Shown piece by piece: positions 14,103 to 27,262 of a DNA stretch of 64,000 nt. The position numbers and the translations under genes are program-made. The notes beneath the pieces were generated by a model. The model was not told the DNA's origin. It ran no database searches and saw only the letters and a program-made list of their open reading frames with translations. Position 1 is the stretch's first letter, and the number at the start of each line of letters is the position of its first letter. Origin of the DNA: Thalia democratica (taxonomy: Eukaryota); assembly GCA_965202585.1 (NCBI GenBank), contig OZ241828.1, positions 57,908,001 to 57,972,000 of the forward strand, written 5' to 3'.

Positions 14103-17100
14103 CAGTGTTTCCCAAACTAATTTACGAAATCGCCCCCTTTTGAGAAATTTGAAAAGAAAAAATCGCCCCCAGTATTCTAAAAAATAAAGTAATTTTATTC
14201 TCGACTACGCACTTTTTAGCCAAAAAAGTTGTGTTCGAAATGTAATTTAGTCTGGTACTTCTTATGCATGCACTTTTGGGTTGTGGTAAAAGTAGTTTCA
14301 GGGCTTGAGAAAATAATTTACAGTTATTTTTTTAATAAGCCCAGTAAAGTGTATTAAAATACTTAACTAATAAAAAGCCTATGTATTCTGTAATCAATTT
14401 TCTTTAAATATTTATTGTTTTGAAACTAATGAATCCTTAGGTTAGTGGTAGACAAATTTTGTAGTCAGCAAGTCATATTTACTAAAAAATCCTTTTTAGT
14501 TTTGAAATGCTAAAAAATGTACTTGCGGGCTGCGTAATTTAAAAATTAACATACAAGAAAATTAAAAAACTCGAGCAAAATAGTAATAAAATGATTAGTA
14601 CTATTGTGATCTAGGAAGTACTGATGTAAACTAAAAACCAAAATGAAAGCGTTTTTCAAAATATTAATTATCAAAAAACTAAATTTTATTTGTGTTGCAC
14701 AAGTAGTTTTCAAGTTATTTAGCGGGCCGAAATTTGACTGTATCTCGACCGTAAGTTACCCATCTAAAATCTTAACTGAAACCTGACATTATAATAATCT
14801 CTCATATAACGAATTTCGGAAATTTAGAAGTCATTTACTTATTTAAGCCGCACAATATACTTAAACTATTTTATAAATAAGCATATTTAAATATTTCTAT
14901 ACCAGATATTAAAAAACTAAAAAAGAATAAATATCTTATCTGACACATTATGGAATAAATATTAAAATATCTTTGCTGATCTAGTTTGAGGAAGATTGAC
15001 CGACTGGTCGATTGTCTCACATGAAAACTGGTTTCATTACTAGCATCTGTTAATACAGTAAAATTATTATTATTAATACTAAGAAATATTATAGGCAAGT
15101 TAGTTGTGAAGTTTAAATTTAATTTTAATCTTTTTTAACTATATGTTTTATAGTAGAACAACATAAAATAGTGTTTTATTTGAAATAACCTTTGAAAAAT
15201 TAAACCTTAACTCTAACAATTTTATTTTCTAACTAAAGAAAACTAACTAAAAAACGAACTAAAGGATTTACAGTTATTTCTGTGTATAGGAAATAATCAA
15301 TTAAAAAAACTTTTTATTAGGTTAAAAATTTGTTTTGTAACTGTAGCAGTCTTTTTGATGGCTTATTTAATTCAGTTCAGAAATGAATTCTTAATCTATC
15401 TGTCAGCCTCTAATAATTTAACAGGGAAAAATAGTGAAAAATTTAAAGCTAGGATTAAACTGTTAAAATAAAAAACACATTTTAACTTTCAAAATATTAT
15501 GAACTAAGATAAAAAAAAATAGTTGTACTAATTGTTTCAATCTCCTTAAAATATACATTTTTTAGAATAATAATTCAGCTTAGAAAGTAAAACTAACTTT
15601 AAAAAAATTTAAATTAAAAATTGAAGTCATTTCAAATAGAGACCTCAAATCAAATATATACTCTTTTAAAGCATAAATAATCTATTTTGAAATAAAAACT
15701 TTAATGGTTATCATTTTTATTTTTATTTATGCAGATTCAACAAGTAATAACAAAAATCTGTCAAAAAAGTATCATTGAAATAAAAGTTTAAATCACTATT
15801 TTATTATTTTTTTGTGTGATGTAAAAGACAAGTATAAACTACAAAGTTAACCAGGTCAAAACAAAACTAGTACTAACTTTAAAATCATAAACCACTTAAT
15901 TAATACAATAGACTTCTGCTTGAGTTCACACTTTGAACAAATCAAAACCAAAAAGTGCGAACTCAAGAAAACATGATAATTTTTTATACAAGTGGAAGAT
16001 TTCAATTTATTATAATGCAATAATGCTATAAATAAACATAAAAACAACTAAAACATAAAATAAGCATTCATTTAAAACAATAGTTCTGTATAAGCTATAA
16101 AATATTATAAATATTGTTGTTTTACTAATAATTAGTTAGTAATAGACTTTATTTAAGTCAAATTTAAGAAAGTACTTTTTTTTGGCAAAAAGTGCGAACT
16201 AAAGAGGAAGTCACCATCATTTATATTCATTAGGCATTAAGCAAACCTGTTTTAGAATTAATAAATTAATATATTTTTATTAAAAAATGCATACTTAAAT
16301 ACAATACAAATCAGGTCAAATAAGAAATATCCCAAAAAATCACAAATTACAAATATCTAGATAAGATCTTTTGCTAAAAATGTTGATAACAGAACTGTAA
16401 GGTTTCTCAACAACCTACAAGGAAAAGCTATAAACAACAATTTAACTTGCTCCCAAATGATGGAAAATTTTTGCCTTAGTTTTTGTTAAGTCAAAAAGCT
16501 TTTTTATCGTTATTTCAAAAAATTTACTTTAAGTTCAAGGTCAGTTTGTAAGTCTGAGAAGGTTTCTTATAAGTAAACGTTTACTTCAAAAGATCTGCTT
16601 CGAAGGGATCCATAATCCACTTCGTTACATTTAATCAAGAAATGTAATTAAACCGTTTATCAATGTCACTTTTAAACTGTTTCAGATGAGATGAAATCAC
16701 TTCTACATCACTTTCACTTATTTAAAGTTTTCAGTTTTCCAAACTTGCAAACTGATTATTTTTGAAATTTTTTCTTTACAGTTCAAGTTGGTTTCTAAAA
16801 CTTGTACTATTAACTAAACTACTCTTACTTATGACTTTCACAAGGTTCAAGTTTTTATCTTGTAAATTTTTGTTCAGATGGTAGAACTTACCATATAAGT
16901 CTGACATATAAGCATTTTTATTTCTTTTATTTTTCTTTTAACAAGATTTTCTGCCAATACCTTATCCTTTTAAGAAAATAATCAATAACTGAATTAAAAA
17001 CAGCTAAAAACCTTTCTAGACAGTTTCCTTTTTATAACCATCTCAATTCTTTAAGAATTATCAAACATAAATAAGAAATATGTTAATACATGATAATCAA

Positions 17101-17710
17101 AAGTTACTTTTTTTAAATTTAGTAGTGCAAGCTCAAAAACAAAACTTACAAAATTTATCTTAATTTATTACAACGTTTTTATTCTATTGCAAAATTGACT
17201 TTAATATATTTTTTTTTGTCTAACTAAGTGACTTTTCAAGAAACAATTGGAAATATCATAGGGTATTAGTTTATAATCGATAACATAGACTTTTACAAAG
17301 CAGTTATGATCACAAATGGCATATATATCAGGTTATGAAATGGTGAGAGGATTTCCATTCGTCTATGACCTATGTAGTTGTTAAATGAGAAAAGATATGA
17401 ATGAAAATATGTAAATTACTTGAAAAGAGGAGTCCTAAACTTTTTGATTTTTCTCTAAATTTCACGTAAACGAAATGGACTTATTTTGTTTAAGTTTTAC
17501 CTCAGGGTCAGATATTTGATAGCAGGCTAAAATAAGTAAAAAAGCAAGCTAAAAAGTGAAAACTAAATGTCTGCAGAAAAATTTAAAATCGCCCCCTTTT
17601 CGCCCAATTACTAGTTTTCGCCCACCCTCTCGCCCCTTTACTATTTATCGCCCCCCAACATACCAAAATCGCCCCCAGGGGGGCGATATCGCCTACTTTG
17701 GGAAACCCTG
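14103..17710 (-). mobile_element. Decayed hAT transposon (Buster/Charlie group) with TIRs and exact 8-bp TSD
   Basis: TIRs CAGTGTTTCCCAAACT / rc CAGGGTTTCCCAAAGT; TSD ATCTAGCT at 14095-14102 and 17711-17718; ATCGCCCCC subterminal repeats at both ends. Minus-strand transposase relic ~16330-17070 (ELRWL*KGNCLERF, AYMSDLYGKF..LN..LQ, WIMDPF). Confidence 0.9.
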
Positions 17711-18289
17711 ATCTAGCTGAACATATATGTTCTAACTATATGTTTGTTTATTCTTTTAAACTTCATTAGACATAATTTTTTTTTTGTTTCTAGTATTGAT
17801 ATACAATAGCTTTTAGTATAAAGTTTTTTTTTTTAATTTTGTTACACTAATTAATATTAGATTTCTTATTTTAATAGTAATGTAAAAATAATTTAGACTA
17901 GTATCAAAATTATTAAATTTTAATGGTTTATAGTTCAAGTAAAATCTAAAAAATACAAAAAGTCCATTTTACTAGACTTAATTTTTTCTGGAAGTATTTT
18001 AATTGTTTATCGACATTAAAAATTTCTGAAAATTTTATATTTTCTAAATTATCAAGATTTTTGCTTTTTAAATTTATTTAAAATATTTTTAGAAAATGTT
18101 GACAAAAAAAAAATGCTCACTGCTTATTCATACAGAAAAAACTAAACTAGGCTCAACTATGTAAAGTACATCAAACTGCATTGTGAAAAGGCACATGCTC
18201 ATCCAAGCGTTACGGAGCAAAGAGTAAAAGATGAGTTAGAGCGCCAGGTGTGGAAGGCACGGATAAAAAAGAGAAATAAAAGAAGAATT

Positions 18290-18350
18290 TTATGACTCGA
18301 GCTTGCGTCATATCGTATGATTCAGAAATGAACCAATCAAATGTCGCCTG
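18290..18350. promoter_or_regulatory. Candidate promoter upstream of the 20531 gene
   Basis: GCGTCA (CRE half-site) and CCAATCA next to a GC-rich, exon-like segment; same arrangement as at 52.3 kb. Confidence 0.3.
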
Positions 18351-20530
18351 CACACATTTTATTCATCCACATAAACAGTTTAAATAGAAAAGAGTTGAAC
18401 ATTTTTTTATGCAGTTAAGCAGTGAAATTACCAGCTATATGCTGGTTTTTTGCATTTTCTGTTTTGGCTTAATAATTCAGTTATTTACTTTAACTATTTA
18501 ATATAAAACAGCTAGTTTTATACAAGTTAAGCCTCTTAAAATTATTCTTATTTTAACTATTGTTTTTTCTAGAGTTTATAGCGTTGTCGTAAAAGATTTA
18601 CTAGTTTTTTAAAGATAAAGTTTTTTTTTACACAACTTACATTTTAAAATTATCTTAAGTTTTTATCTTTGTTTTTGATTTATAAATCGTTGATTTTCTT
18701 AAGGATTTTCATTAGTAATTTGTACTCGATTATCGTGAAATTAATTTATGTCAGTTTAGTTATTTGTTAGAATTGTTTCAGCAAAGCTTAAGTAGCTCCT
18801 AGCATTATTAAGACTCATATTAGAAAGATAAAAAAATATATATAAAATAATTAAGATATCATTACTTCAAACATTTATGGTGAAAACAAGATTTTGCCTG
18901 CAGTTAGCCCCGAGTGTAAATACCGTAGAGTGCCACGCTGCCTGCAGCCAAAGGGTGAACAACAAGGTCTGGTTGACAATCTACCCTAAGACAATTAGCC
19001 AGACCAAAGTAAACATTTAGATGTTGGGTCGCCAACCTCCCTTACTTTCAACTACACTTTATAAATAAAAAAACATGAACGTTGTTTTATTTTATGTGCA
19101 AAGTTACTATAACAGTCAAAAACCTTTAACCCCTCTATGCCTTTTAAACAAAAAAATTGGAATAGTTTTTAAAAGTCTCAAGCATTGTAGTGAATTGTTT
19201 AATTTAAACTTTTACAAACTGTAGAGGTATAAAAAATTCTGAATATTATTCAAAGTTAAGTTTAAATGTTTGAATATAAACTATACAGTTAAATTTTCTA
19301 ATAACTTAATAGTGTACCAAAGTTTGACTAATTAGCAAATTGTTTGAAATTGGGTATTTAACAGAAGTTAGATAATAAAAGCTGTTGTTTTAAGCTTATA
19401 GTTAGTTTGTGTTATTCTAAAACAACATAATTTTCAATAAGCAAATTACTTTTTTGTCATTTTGTTAATGCTTGGCTAATATAAAACAATAAAAACAGTA
19501 GAAGAATACAGTATAAGTATTTCAGTGAACTAATTCAAACAAATTAGTAAAAGCTTTATATTAAGTTTTGAATTTTACCATGTTAGGATGCATTTACAGT
19601 TAAGTTGTTGTTTCTTAATGAAATTGGTTATTATTTTAGTTGTTTGGCATACTATCAGTTAAATTATGCATAAATTTGTTTAAACATTTATATACTCATA
19701 GAAAAGAAGTCAATATATTTTCTAATAGTACAAGTATAGTATAATTTAAAGTTATATAATAATCATTTTATTGAAAGCATAAAGTTTTGAAACTTTAACT
19801 AGTGTTTAAGCCATTCAATTTAGATTATTTAACCAAGTAATGATAGAAATCATAGATTAACAGAATAATAAAAAAATAAAACTTTATAGTGCTGTTAGAA
19901 AGTCTTTAGATAACTGAAAACCGGTTTACATTTAAAACGTCAAATAATGCAAATATGAGTACAAACATTAAGATATAGATATAAGATTTAATATTTTAGT
20001 TTGTGTTTAATTTTTCAGCATAAGTAACAAAATAAGCCAAAACCATACCTTTTTTCATACTAGGATTTCCTAAAGTGGGCAATATAGCCCTTTTATAATT
20101 AATCTTGTCTATCAGGGAGTATTAACTAATAAAATAGCTTAAAATTATTTTGACAATTAACTCGTAAAGGGGTGATCTGTAAAATAGGGCGATTATTTTT
20201 AAATCTCAGCCAAGTGGGCATTTATGTAATTGATTTTGGAAAACCATGCTAAAAACACCATTGACCAAATTTTTGATTTTATTTATTGTGTTCAATAAAC
20301 TAACTTACTATAGGTTTTAATGTAAAAACTATATATTTTATCTAAATACATATTTATCAAAACATGCTTAACAATATAAACGCACACAGTATATTAGTTA
20401 AAAAATAAATAATTTGTTCAGTATCATAATAAATTGTTTTATCAGTTTAAATTTTAGTCAAACAAAGTTTTACTTTAGCAAATATTTAAATATAACAGAA
20501 ATTTGTAGAATAATTTATACGAGACCTAAG

Positions 20531-22451
20531 ATGACCGACCTTGAAAAGTTCAAATCCGGTGCGCACTTCATATACAAGGTCAGGTACCTTGACAGCCACG
20601 TCACTGATTCCACTGACATCCCTCAGGAGGTGGTTAAAGTTTAAGTAAAAAACTTGTATTAATATAGTAATTGTGAAAGTCAAACTTTGATATAACTTGA
20701 TATGTTTTGCATTAATACAGTAGAAGGTAGTTTAAAGTTTTAGCTAAGTTTTAAATAAGTCAAATTTTATAATTTTTATCGATTATTTTTAATAAATTTC
20801 CTTAAACTTTTTTTTCATTGCTTATATTATATAAACTTAATAATGTCGTTTAACTATTGCTAAAACCAAGGTGTAAATTTTTTAAGCAGTTTTCAATTAA
20901 ATGTCTAAAGTAGGTTTTTTGAATTAATCTTGAGATTTTTATTAGTTGCTAATAGTTTTTAAATCTTGTTTACAGTTATATTTTAAAACTGTAACCCAAA
21001 CCGCTTTAAATTTTTTTTTTCATTTAATTTAAGTTTATCACAAGTTTTTACGAGCATCAAAAAACTTTCAGGTCCTTGACAGAAAGTTCGAGCTTGCGGG
21101 AGAGTTGTACTTTGACAAGAAGCAAGTCATCTACCACCCGTGCTACAAGCCGAAACGCTACCAGCAGCACTTCCGCATGTCGGAGATAGAGAGCGAGAAG
21201 ATGGACAATGAAAAGCGCATCCTGATCATCACTGTTCGTTCTTTCAGGGGCGAGACGGAAAGGTTTTTTCTATTTTTGTATGTTGATTAAATATTTAAAA
21301 CTTTTTAAGTTTTTGTGTAAACTGTAATGATTAAGTTAAAGAGAATGGTTCGTTTTTGTTATGTTAGTTAGTGTATAGAGTATGTTTAACGAGGATAATA
21401 TGGTTAACGTTAATTAATCATATATATTGAACCCTTGTTGCCATTAATCTTGTAAAGTATATTTAAGTTGAATCTAGATTGTGCGAAGCGTTACATAGAA
21501 GAAGTTTTAGTATTCTAATAGACATTACAACTTTTTTGATCTTGTTAAAATTGATGCTATACTTATAAAAGCTACAATTATGGAAAAATTAATTCGATTA
21601 TTCAGTTTGAATATTTAATCAATTCATTTCGTTTTTTTTTTAATTTTAGTTGTGCTACTCTGTTTATTTTTTCTATTATTGTTGATTGTTTTAGCAAACT
21701 GTAGAAGTTTAAATTTGTTTATTTATTACTACAATAGTATACAAAGTGATGAAAATTGTTAAAACATATTTGCGTTAAGAAAAAAAATGTTTTAATATCT
21801 TCTATCAGAAGTATTTGAATACCTCTATTTAAAATTTTAAATTGTATAAGTGAAGTCAGTTTTTGGTTTTTGTAGAGTTTATTAAATACCCATCATTTTT
21901 AAATCGAAAATTTATTAACTGCTACTTACAGTTGTAAATTTTAGCATTTGGCTTTTACTGCTTATGTAACTTTTTACACGTTTATGTTAACACAAGTAGG
22001 GTTGCAATTTAAACAAATACTTATATTTTCTGTAGATTCTACTTCTTACTTAACCTGTAAACAATATACAGTATAACAAATGTTTCTTTGTGCAGTTTTC
22101 AGATTTCAACTCAACCTTGTCTATTTTCAATTTTCTTTAGTTATATAGTTTACCACTATATAGCACTAATATTTATACAACAATTTATTGTTATATGACT
22201 TTAAACTTTTTGTTTAATTTAAGTAATTTTTTATTAAATTTTGCATAGTTCGTCATTTTGATAATTTCATTACAGATTTGCAGGTTGAAACCTACTAAAT
22301 TTCTAAATTCAAAACAAATATTTTTTACAGACACTACTTCGACGTTGCCAAAGAGGACGGTGAAGGAAGCGTGTATCACCCTCAGTGGGTGAACTACGCC
22401 AAAAGGTACATCGAAGAAAATGGGATCAAAGAAAACTTCGAACCATTTTAA
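20531..22451 (+). CDS. Small 3-exon protein of unknown function (136-139 aa), weak PTB/PH-fold resemblance
   Basis: Exons 20531-20629 or -20638, 21072-21262, 22331-22451; GT-AG introns with consistent phases (0 and 2) and GC3-rich codons like the GNL1 exons. Product MTDLEKFKSGAHFIYKVRYLDSHV...VLDRKFELAGELYFDKKQVIY...RILIITVRSFRGETERHYFDVAKE...WVNYAKRYIEENGIKENFEPF*. The fold assignment is inference only. Confidence 0.75.
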
Positions 22452-23651
22452 CTAATATTTATTTAGACAATAAACTGTAGTCGAATTACTTATTGAGTTG
22501 TTTTTTGTGTAAACTAGCCTTACAACAACGATTTTAATACTGTAAATACATTTTAGATACTTGTGCAAAGATTTCAAATTTAGTTTAGTATCTGCTACGA
22601 ATTAGCATTATGTATTATTTTGTAAACGTAAATATTATCACTGTGGTCCTGGACAATGACGTAAAACTGTATCCAAATGGTGTACGACTTAATAACCGAA
22701 AGGCTCCTTCGTTGTCCAGGTCTTTGGTCTCTTTTTGAGACTTTAGTTTTGAGCTCTTTTTTTTGTCGTTCTATAAACAGTAAGATAGCCAGTTATGAAA
22801 ACAGACAATACTTGTATATTTAGCAGCAGTCTAGAAAAAAATAAGAACTCAAGATATACTTACAATTAGTTTTCAGCGTTAGCGTTGTAAATTAGCGGCT
22901 AAATTAATGAAAAATATAGAAACATTTCATCAAAGGTTGTTTGCAGTCCATTAATAACTGCAATTCTAAATTCCTAACCAAAACTACGAGTAAGCATGTA
23001 AAAATAACTATTATATACACAAAACAGTTTTCCTTATCTTAGTTTTAATAAAATACAGTTTGATTTCCAACACAAATTAAAATGTAAATTTTAGTAACAA
23101 ACTAAAGTAGGCGTTTGAAAACGAAAAACTCATTACCTTATGTATTTTATGAACTGCCTTAGATTTTCTTAACGAACTATGCTATAACGTGTCTTAACGA
23201 ACTTAAATCTATATTGTCTAAGTTAAGTTTTGAAAACGATCCAAAATACGTATAAATTAATACATTTTCCGGATAATACTAGTTTCAATGTTTTACATTT
23301 CGGACAAGACACGTTTCTATATACAAAACACGTTACTATATACTAAAGTACTAGACAAATCCGACTATACAAGATAGTGCCAACTGGAATTAGTAAAAAG
23401 TGGTGTGATAAGTGTTAAAAATTCCTGGCAATAGAGTTTAGATAATTATTTTAAATACTTAAAATCTTGATTTTTTTTACACTAAACAAACTACTTTTTA
23501 CCAAGTTTGGTGCCAAACCTAATTTTAAAGTTAAAACAGCTTTTACTGGTATGTATACACAATGACTTGACTATTCATAAAGTCAGATGAATGTTTATTT
23601 ATTTAGTAAAAAACTTGTACTTTTAGTTTGTTTACATTGTAATATTAAAAT

Positions 23652-23747
23652 AAGTGATCTATCGAATTCAACTACCTGGATTCGGATCTGGCCGGATCTT
23701 AGTTTAAAAATTCTTAATCTAAAAGTTGTGGATCCGGTAGATCACTA
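23652..23747. mobile_element. 96-bp MITE, second copy (opposite orientation)
   Basis: AAGTGATCTATCGAATTC ... GGATCCGGTAGATCACTA; same length and internal GGATC motifs as 2094-2189. Confidence 0.7.
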
Positions 23748-24109
23748 CCTAAAGTTCTAAATTTAAGTAACTAACTTTGGTATTTACTGAACAAATATTT
23801 AGAGTTATGTTTGACACCAATTTATCGTACAATATTTATAGTTTATTTTTAAACAAAAAAAACGCTTAAAATATTTGGTTCTAGGACCTGGTGCACGAAA
23901 GACTTTTCCGTTATTTAGTTGGACACCAATAGAATACTTTTTAACTTCTAGTCCTGGACAAGAGTAGTGTTGAAAACGTTCAAAACTCGTAAAAGCTAAT
24001 ACTTAAAATGACAGTAAACAAAAATTTTTAGTTATCAAAACTTTTTAGACTTTAAATACTTTATATAAAAAAGTTTTACATTCATGGTATATATTAATTT
24101 AATTGAACG

Positions 24110-24200
24110 CCAACAAAATATTTGGTACTAGGACCTGGTGCACGAAGAACCTTTCGCTTATCGAGCCGCACACCACGGATACCTTTTAACGTCTTGTCCA
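24110..24200 (-). repeat. Dispersed LINE-3'-end / SINE-like repeat with conserved hairpin (best copy; at least 7 copies in the window)
   Basis: Consensus GTCCTGGACAAGACGTTAAAAGGTATCC.TGGTGTRCGACTYRATAACCGAAAGGTTCTTCGTRCACCAGGTCCTAG followed by a TTTTGAGCGC..TTTGTCGTT tail. Copies near 1600-1670(-), 13135-13220(-), 22645-22780(+), 23870-23960(-), 25050-25120(-), 35080-35165(+), and tail only at 8765-8815(+). Confidence 0.75.
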
Positions 24201-27049
24201 CGACAGATGATGATGAAGTTTCAATACATAACAACAAGTTTAATACATTTTAAAAGTTTATTGGAAGGGGACATAAATTATTATGTTTTAACTTCTTCAA
24301 ACTTGTAAATTGGCTGAATATCTTTAATTAAAACCACAATAATTTTCAGAGATTTGTAAAGGTTAAAAACTGTAAAAATTCAAGTTATTAGTTCAATTTC
24401 ATTAATATTCTTAAAGTTTTATATTGGCTAAACTGCTAATAACTCTAAATTACGAAAGTTCGTTATAAATTATAACAGTTTTTCGGTTAATGTTGTTAAT
24501 TAATTTTATCAAGTAGTATTAGAAATATTTTGCAAGTATTGGCTTTTCGTTCAGTCAAGAAAAATAAAGTTGTTACAGTTCTTTATAAAATTGTTTAGTA
24601 AAAATTGTCATTTTAAAAAATATGTTATCGCAAGCAGGATTTTACCTGCAGGCCGTATGTTGTTTAACGTTATTCATAAATAAAGTTGATGAAATTAAAT
24701 TCAATAAACTTATTTGGCATTTAAGATTGAAAAAAAAATTTACATTACTTTCTACTAAGTTTTCAGTCTTTTACAGCATTATTTAGCTTCATACCGACCT
24801 AAATACATTGCTTTACATTGAATATTTTAAAGGTGTTCTTAAGAATCAGTGTAATATAAGTATAACTTTTTGGTTATAAAGTTGTCTTTTCAAATGTTAG
24901 CATATCAAATTTAAACCATTCTTAAAACTTGTACAAATACTGAGAGGAAGTCATACAATTTAAAAAACTAAAAGAAGACTTCTCTTTTTTTTTATTATGC
25001 TAGAATATATATATACTTTATAGTTTATTAAACGACAACAAAGACGTTCAAAATATTTGGTTCTAGAACTTGGTGCACCAAGAACCTTTCGGTTATCAAA
25101 TAGCACACCACGGATATCTTTTCTAAATCTAAGCCTTAACTACGATGGCTTTCGCCAATGCTTATTTTTGATTTCATTTTTGAATTTTTATTTCTTTTTA
25201 ATTTTAAGAAAAAAAAAAAAGTAACCACAATTGATAAAAATAGAAAGTGTTTCACTTTTAAACAAATAAAAAAAAACTAAATGCATATTATTCAGACCTT
25301 TTATTTTGATTTTAAATAAAAATTATTGTTTATTGTTTAAAATAGTCGTTTGAATTAAATAAAACTTTTTATTTAAATGTGTTTTGAACATTTTAGTTCT
25401 ATTATCCGGATCTGGCTGGAGATTGCTTTTTTTAGATCCAGATGCAAACTTAATTAAATAGAAATTTCATAAATTTAAAAGCTTTTTGAATAAAATTAAA
25501 CTTTAAATGAGTTGTTTATATTGTTCACTAAAATATTGTAAACCATGGATGCCATTCGGATTATTATCGAAACAGTTTTTTGCTCTTAACTTAATAAAAG
25601 TAGATGCACGGCAATCAAAATGTAAGAAAGCATTAAAAAAGAAAAATTAAATTATTTAGAATTATTCAGACTGATAAGCAGGATTGTTACAAACGATGTG
25701 TCTTTAAACTTAGCGGTTTTAAAACTTTTGACTCATTGCATCTTTAACTTTTGAATTATTTTACTAAATTGGTTAGTTAGTTATAATAAAAGTTAGGAAA
25801 TTATTTTTTTACTTACATAAAGTAGAACGCACAAGTACGTGGAAAGACTAAGACTGTTCAGCGTGAACCCGAATGAAGGAAAATTTCGAAACAGATTTTG
25901 TTTTTGATGTATGGAAGCCGTCAGATTTTTTTTTTTCGTCTTCTGTTCTAAATTGTACTTCTTTAACTCAATAAATATTCTATTTTTAAACATGCACGCT
26001 TTTAAGTAGTAATCTACCGGATCCGGTCATTTTTTACTTGGATTCGGATCTAGTTTGGTTGGAAAGATTTTGCTTTCTACGATCAGCTTCTTTCAGTTTT
26101 ATATACTTATATCATTGTGTTTTAAATACTTATCATATATAAAACTAGACTAACTAAAGTTTAGTTAATTCAATGATTTGTTGTAAACATACAAATACAT
26201 ACATGTGTTAGAGTGATTATAGTAAATTGTAAATTTCTTGCAGATTATATTCTTCTACTGACTCTATAACTAACAGCAATGAACCAAGCTAGTATTGAGA
26301 GTTATAGCTCTGTAAAACAATGGAAAACAAACGATCCGAAAGCAATCAAAATTCGTAAAAAAACATGATTGCTATGGACAACCAACCATTTTCAATTACT
26401 ATCAAACAAGGTTTCATAGACCTGTTGGCTGATACAATGTTTCCTCAGACTTCATGAAAGTTTGAAGATAAAAGTACAAACTGAGTTATCAAAAGCTTCG
26501 TTTTTGTCATTTATAAGTGACATATGGACAAATTCTAAGACAAAGACATCTTATTCTCCTTGACAGCGCATCGATTAAATGAAAGCTTTGAGTACAAACA
26601 TTGAGCTTTGCACTGCATGGAAATAGAATATTCACACACTGGCTTTAATATTTGTGAAAACATAAAGGAGGTGCTTGAAAATTGGGGTATTAATATGAAT
26701 CGCATTCACGTTTTTCTGCGCGACATTGCATTTAACATGAAGGCTGGTATGTTATTGCTAGGACCCTCTTCAGCACCCTGTTTCATTCACACGCTTCAAC
26801 TGAGAATTAAGGATTCACTGTTTCAAGAAAATAACATATTTATGTTAATAGCTAAGGCCCTTCAAACTGTTGGCCACTTTCATCATTATATTCTACAGCG
26901 TGCGAGAAACTAAAAAAGATCCAGGCCATTTTAGGTTCATCAGTGTCAATGCAAAAAGCCTTGCTACTTATGCAAGATGTTAAAACAAGGTGGAACTCAA
27001 CCTACCTTATGATGAAAAGACTAGAAATATTAAAAACAAGTGTCTAGAA

Positions 27050-27262
27050 CAGGGGTCGGCAGGTCCAAAAAGGAACATTTTTTTTGTTCTTTAAAAAACA
27101 TATTTAAAGATAATTTTTTTGAATAAATAAATTTTAGGCGACAGATTATCCTTTAAACAAATCACTAAAACTTAATTTTTGTTTTTTGAGAACATTAACA
27201 TATTAAATTAGTTAAGAAGTAAATTCTAGTGCGGCCCCCGGGCCGCAGTTTGCCGACTCCTC
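27050..27262. mobile_element. 213-bp hAT MITE inserted in the transposase relic
   Basis: Ends CAGGGGTCGGCA / TGCCGACTCCTC; exact 8-bp TSD GTCTAGAA at 27042-27049 and 27263-27270. Confidence 0.9.

Noticed and set aside
14871-15098. FTVLTDASN resembling a hAT catalytic-Asp motif
   Set aside because: It lies 3' of the transposase C-terminal remnant, so the order is wrong, and the surrounding residues do not match.
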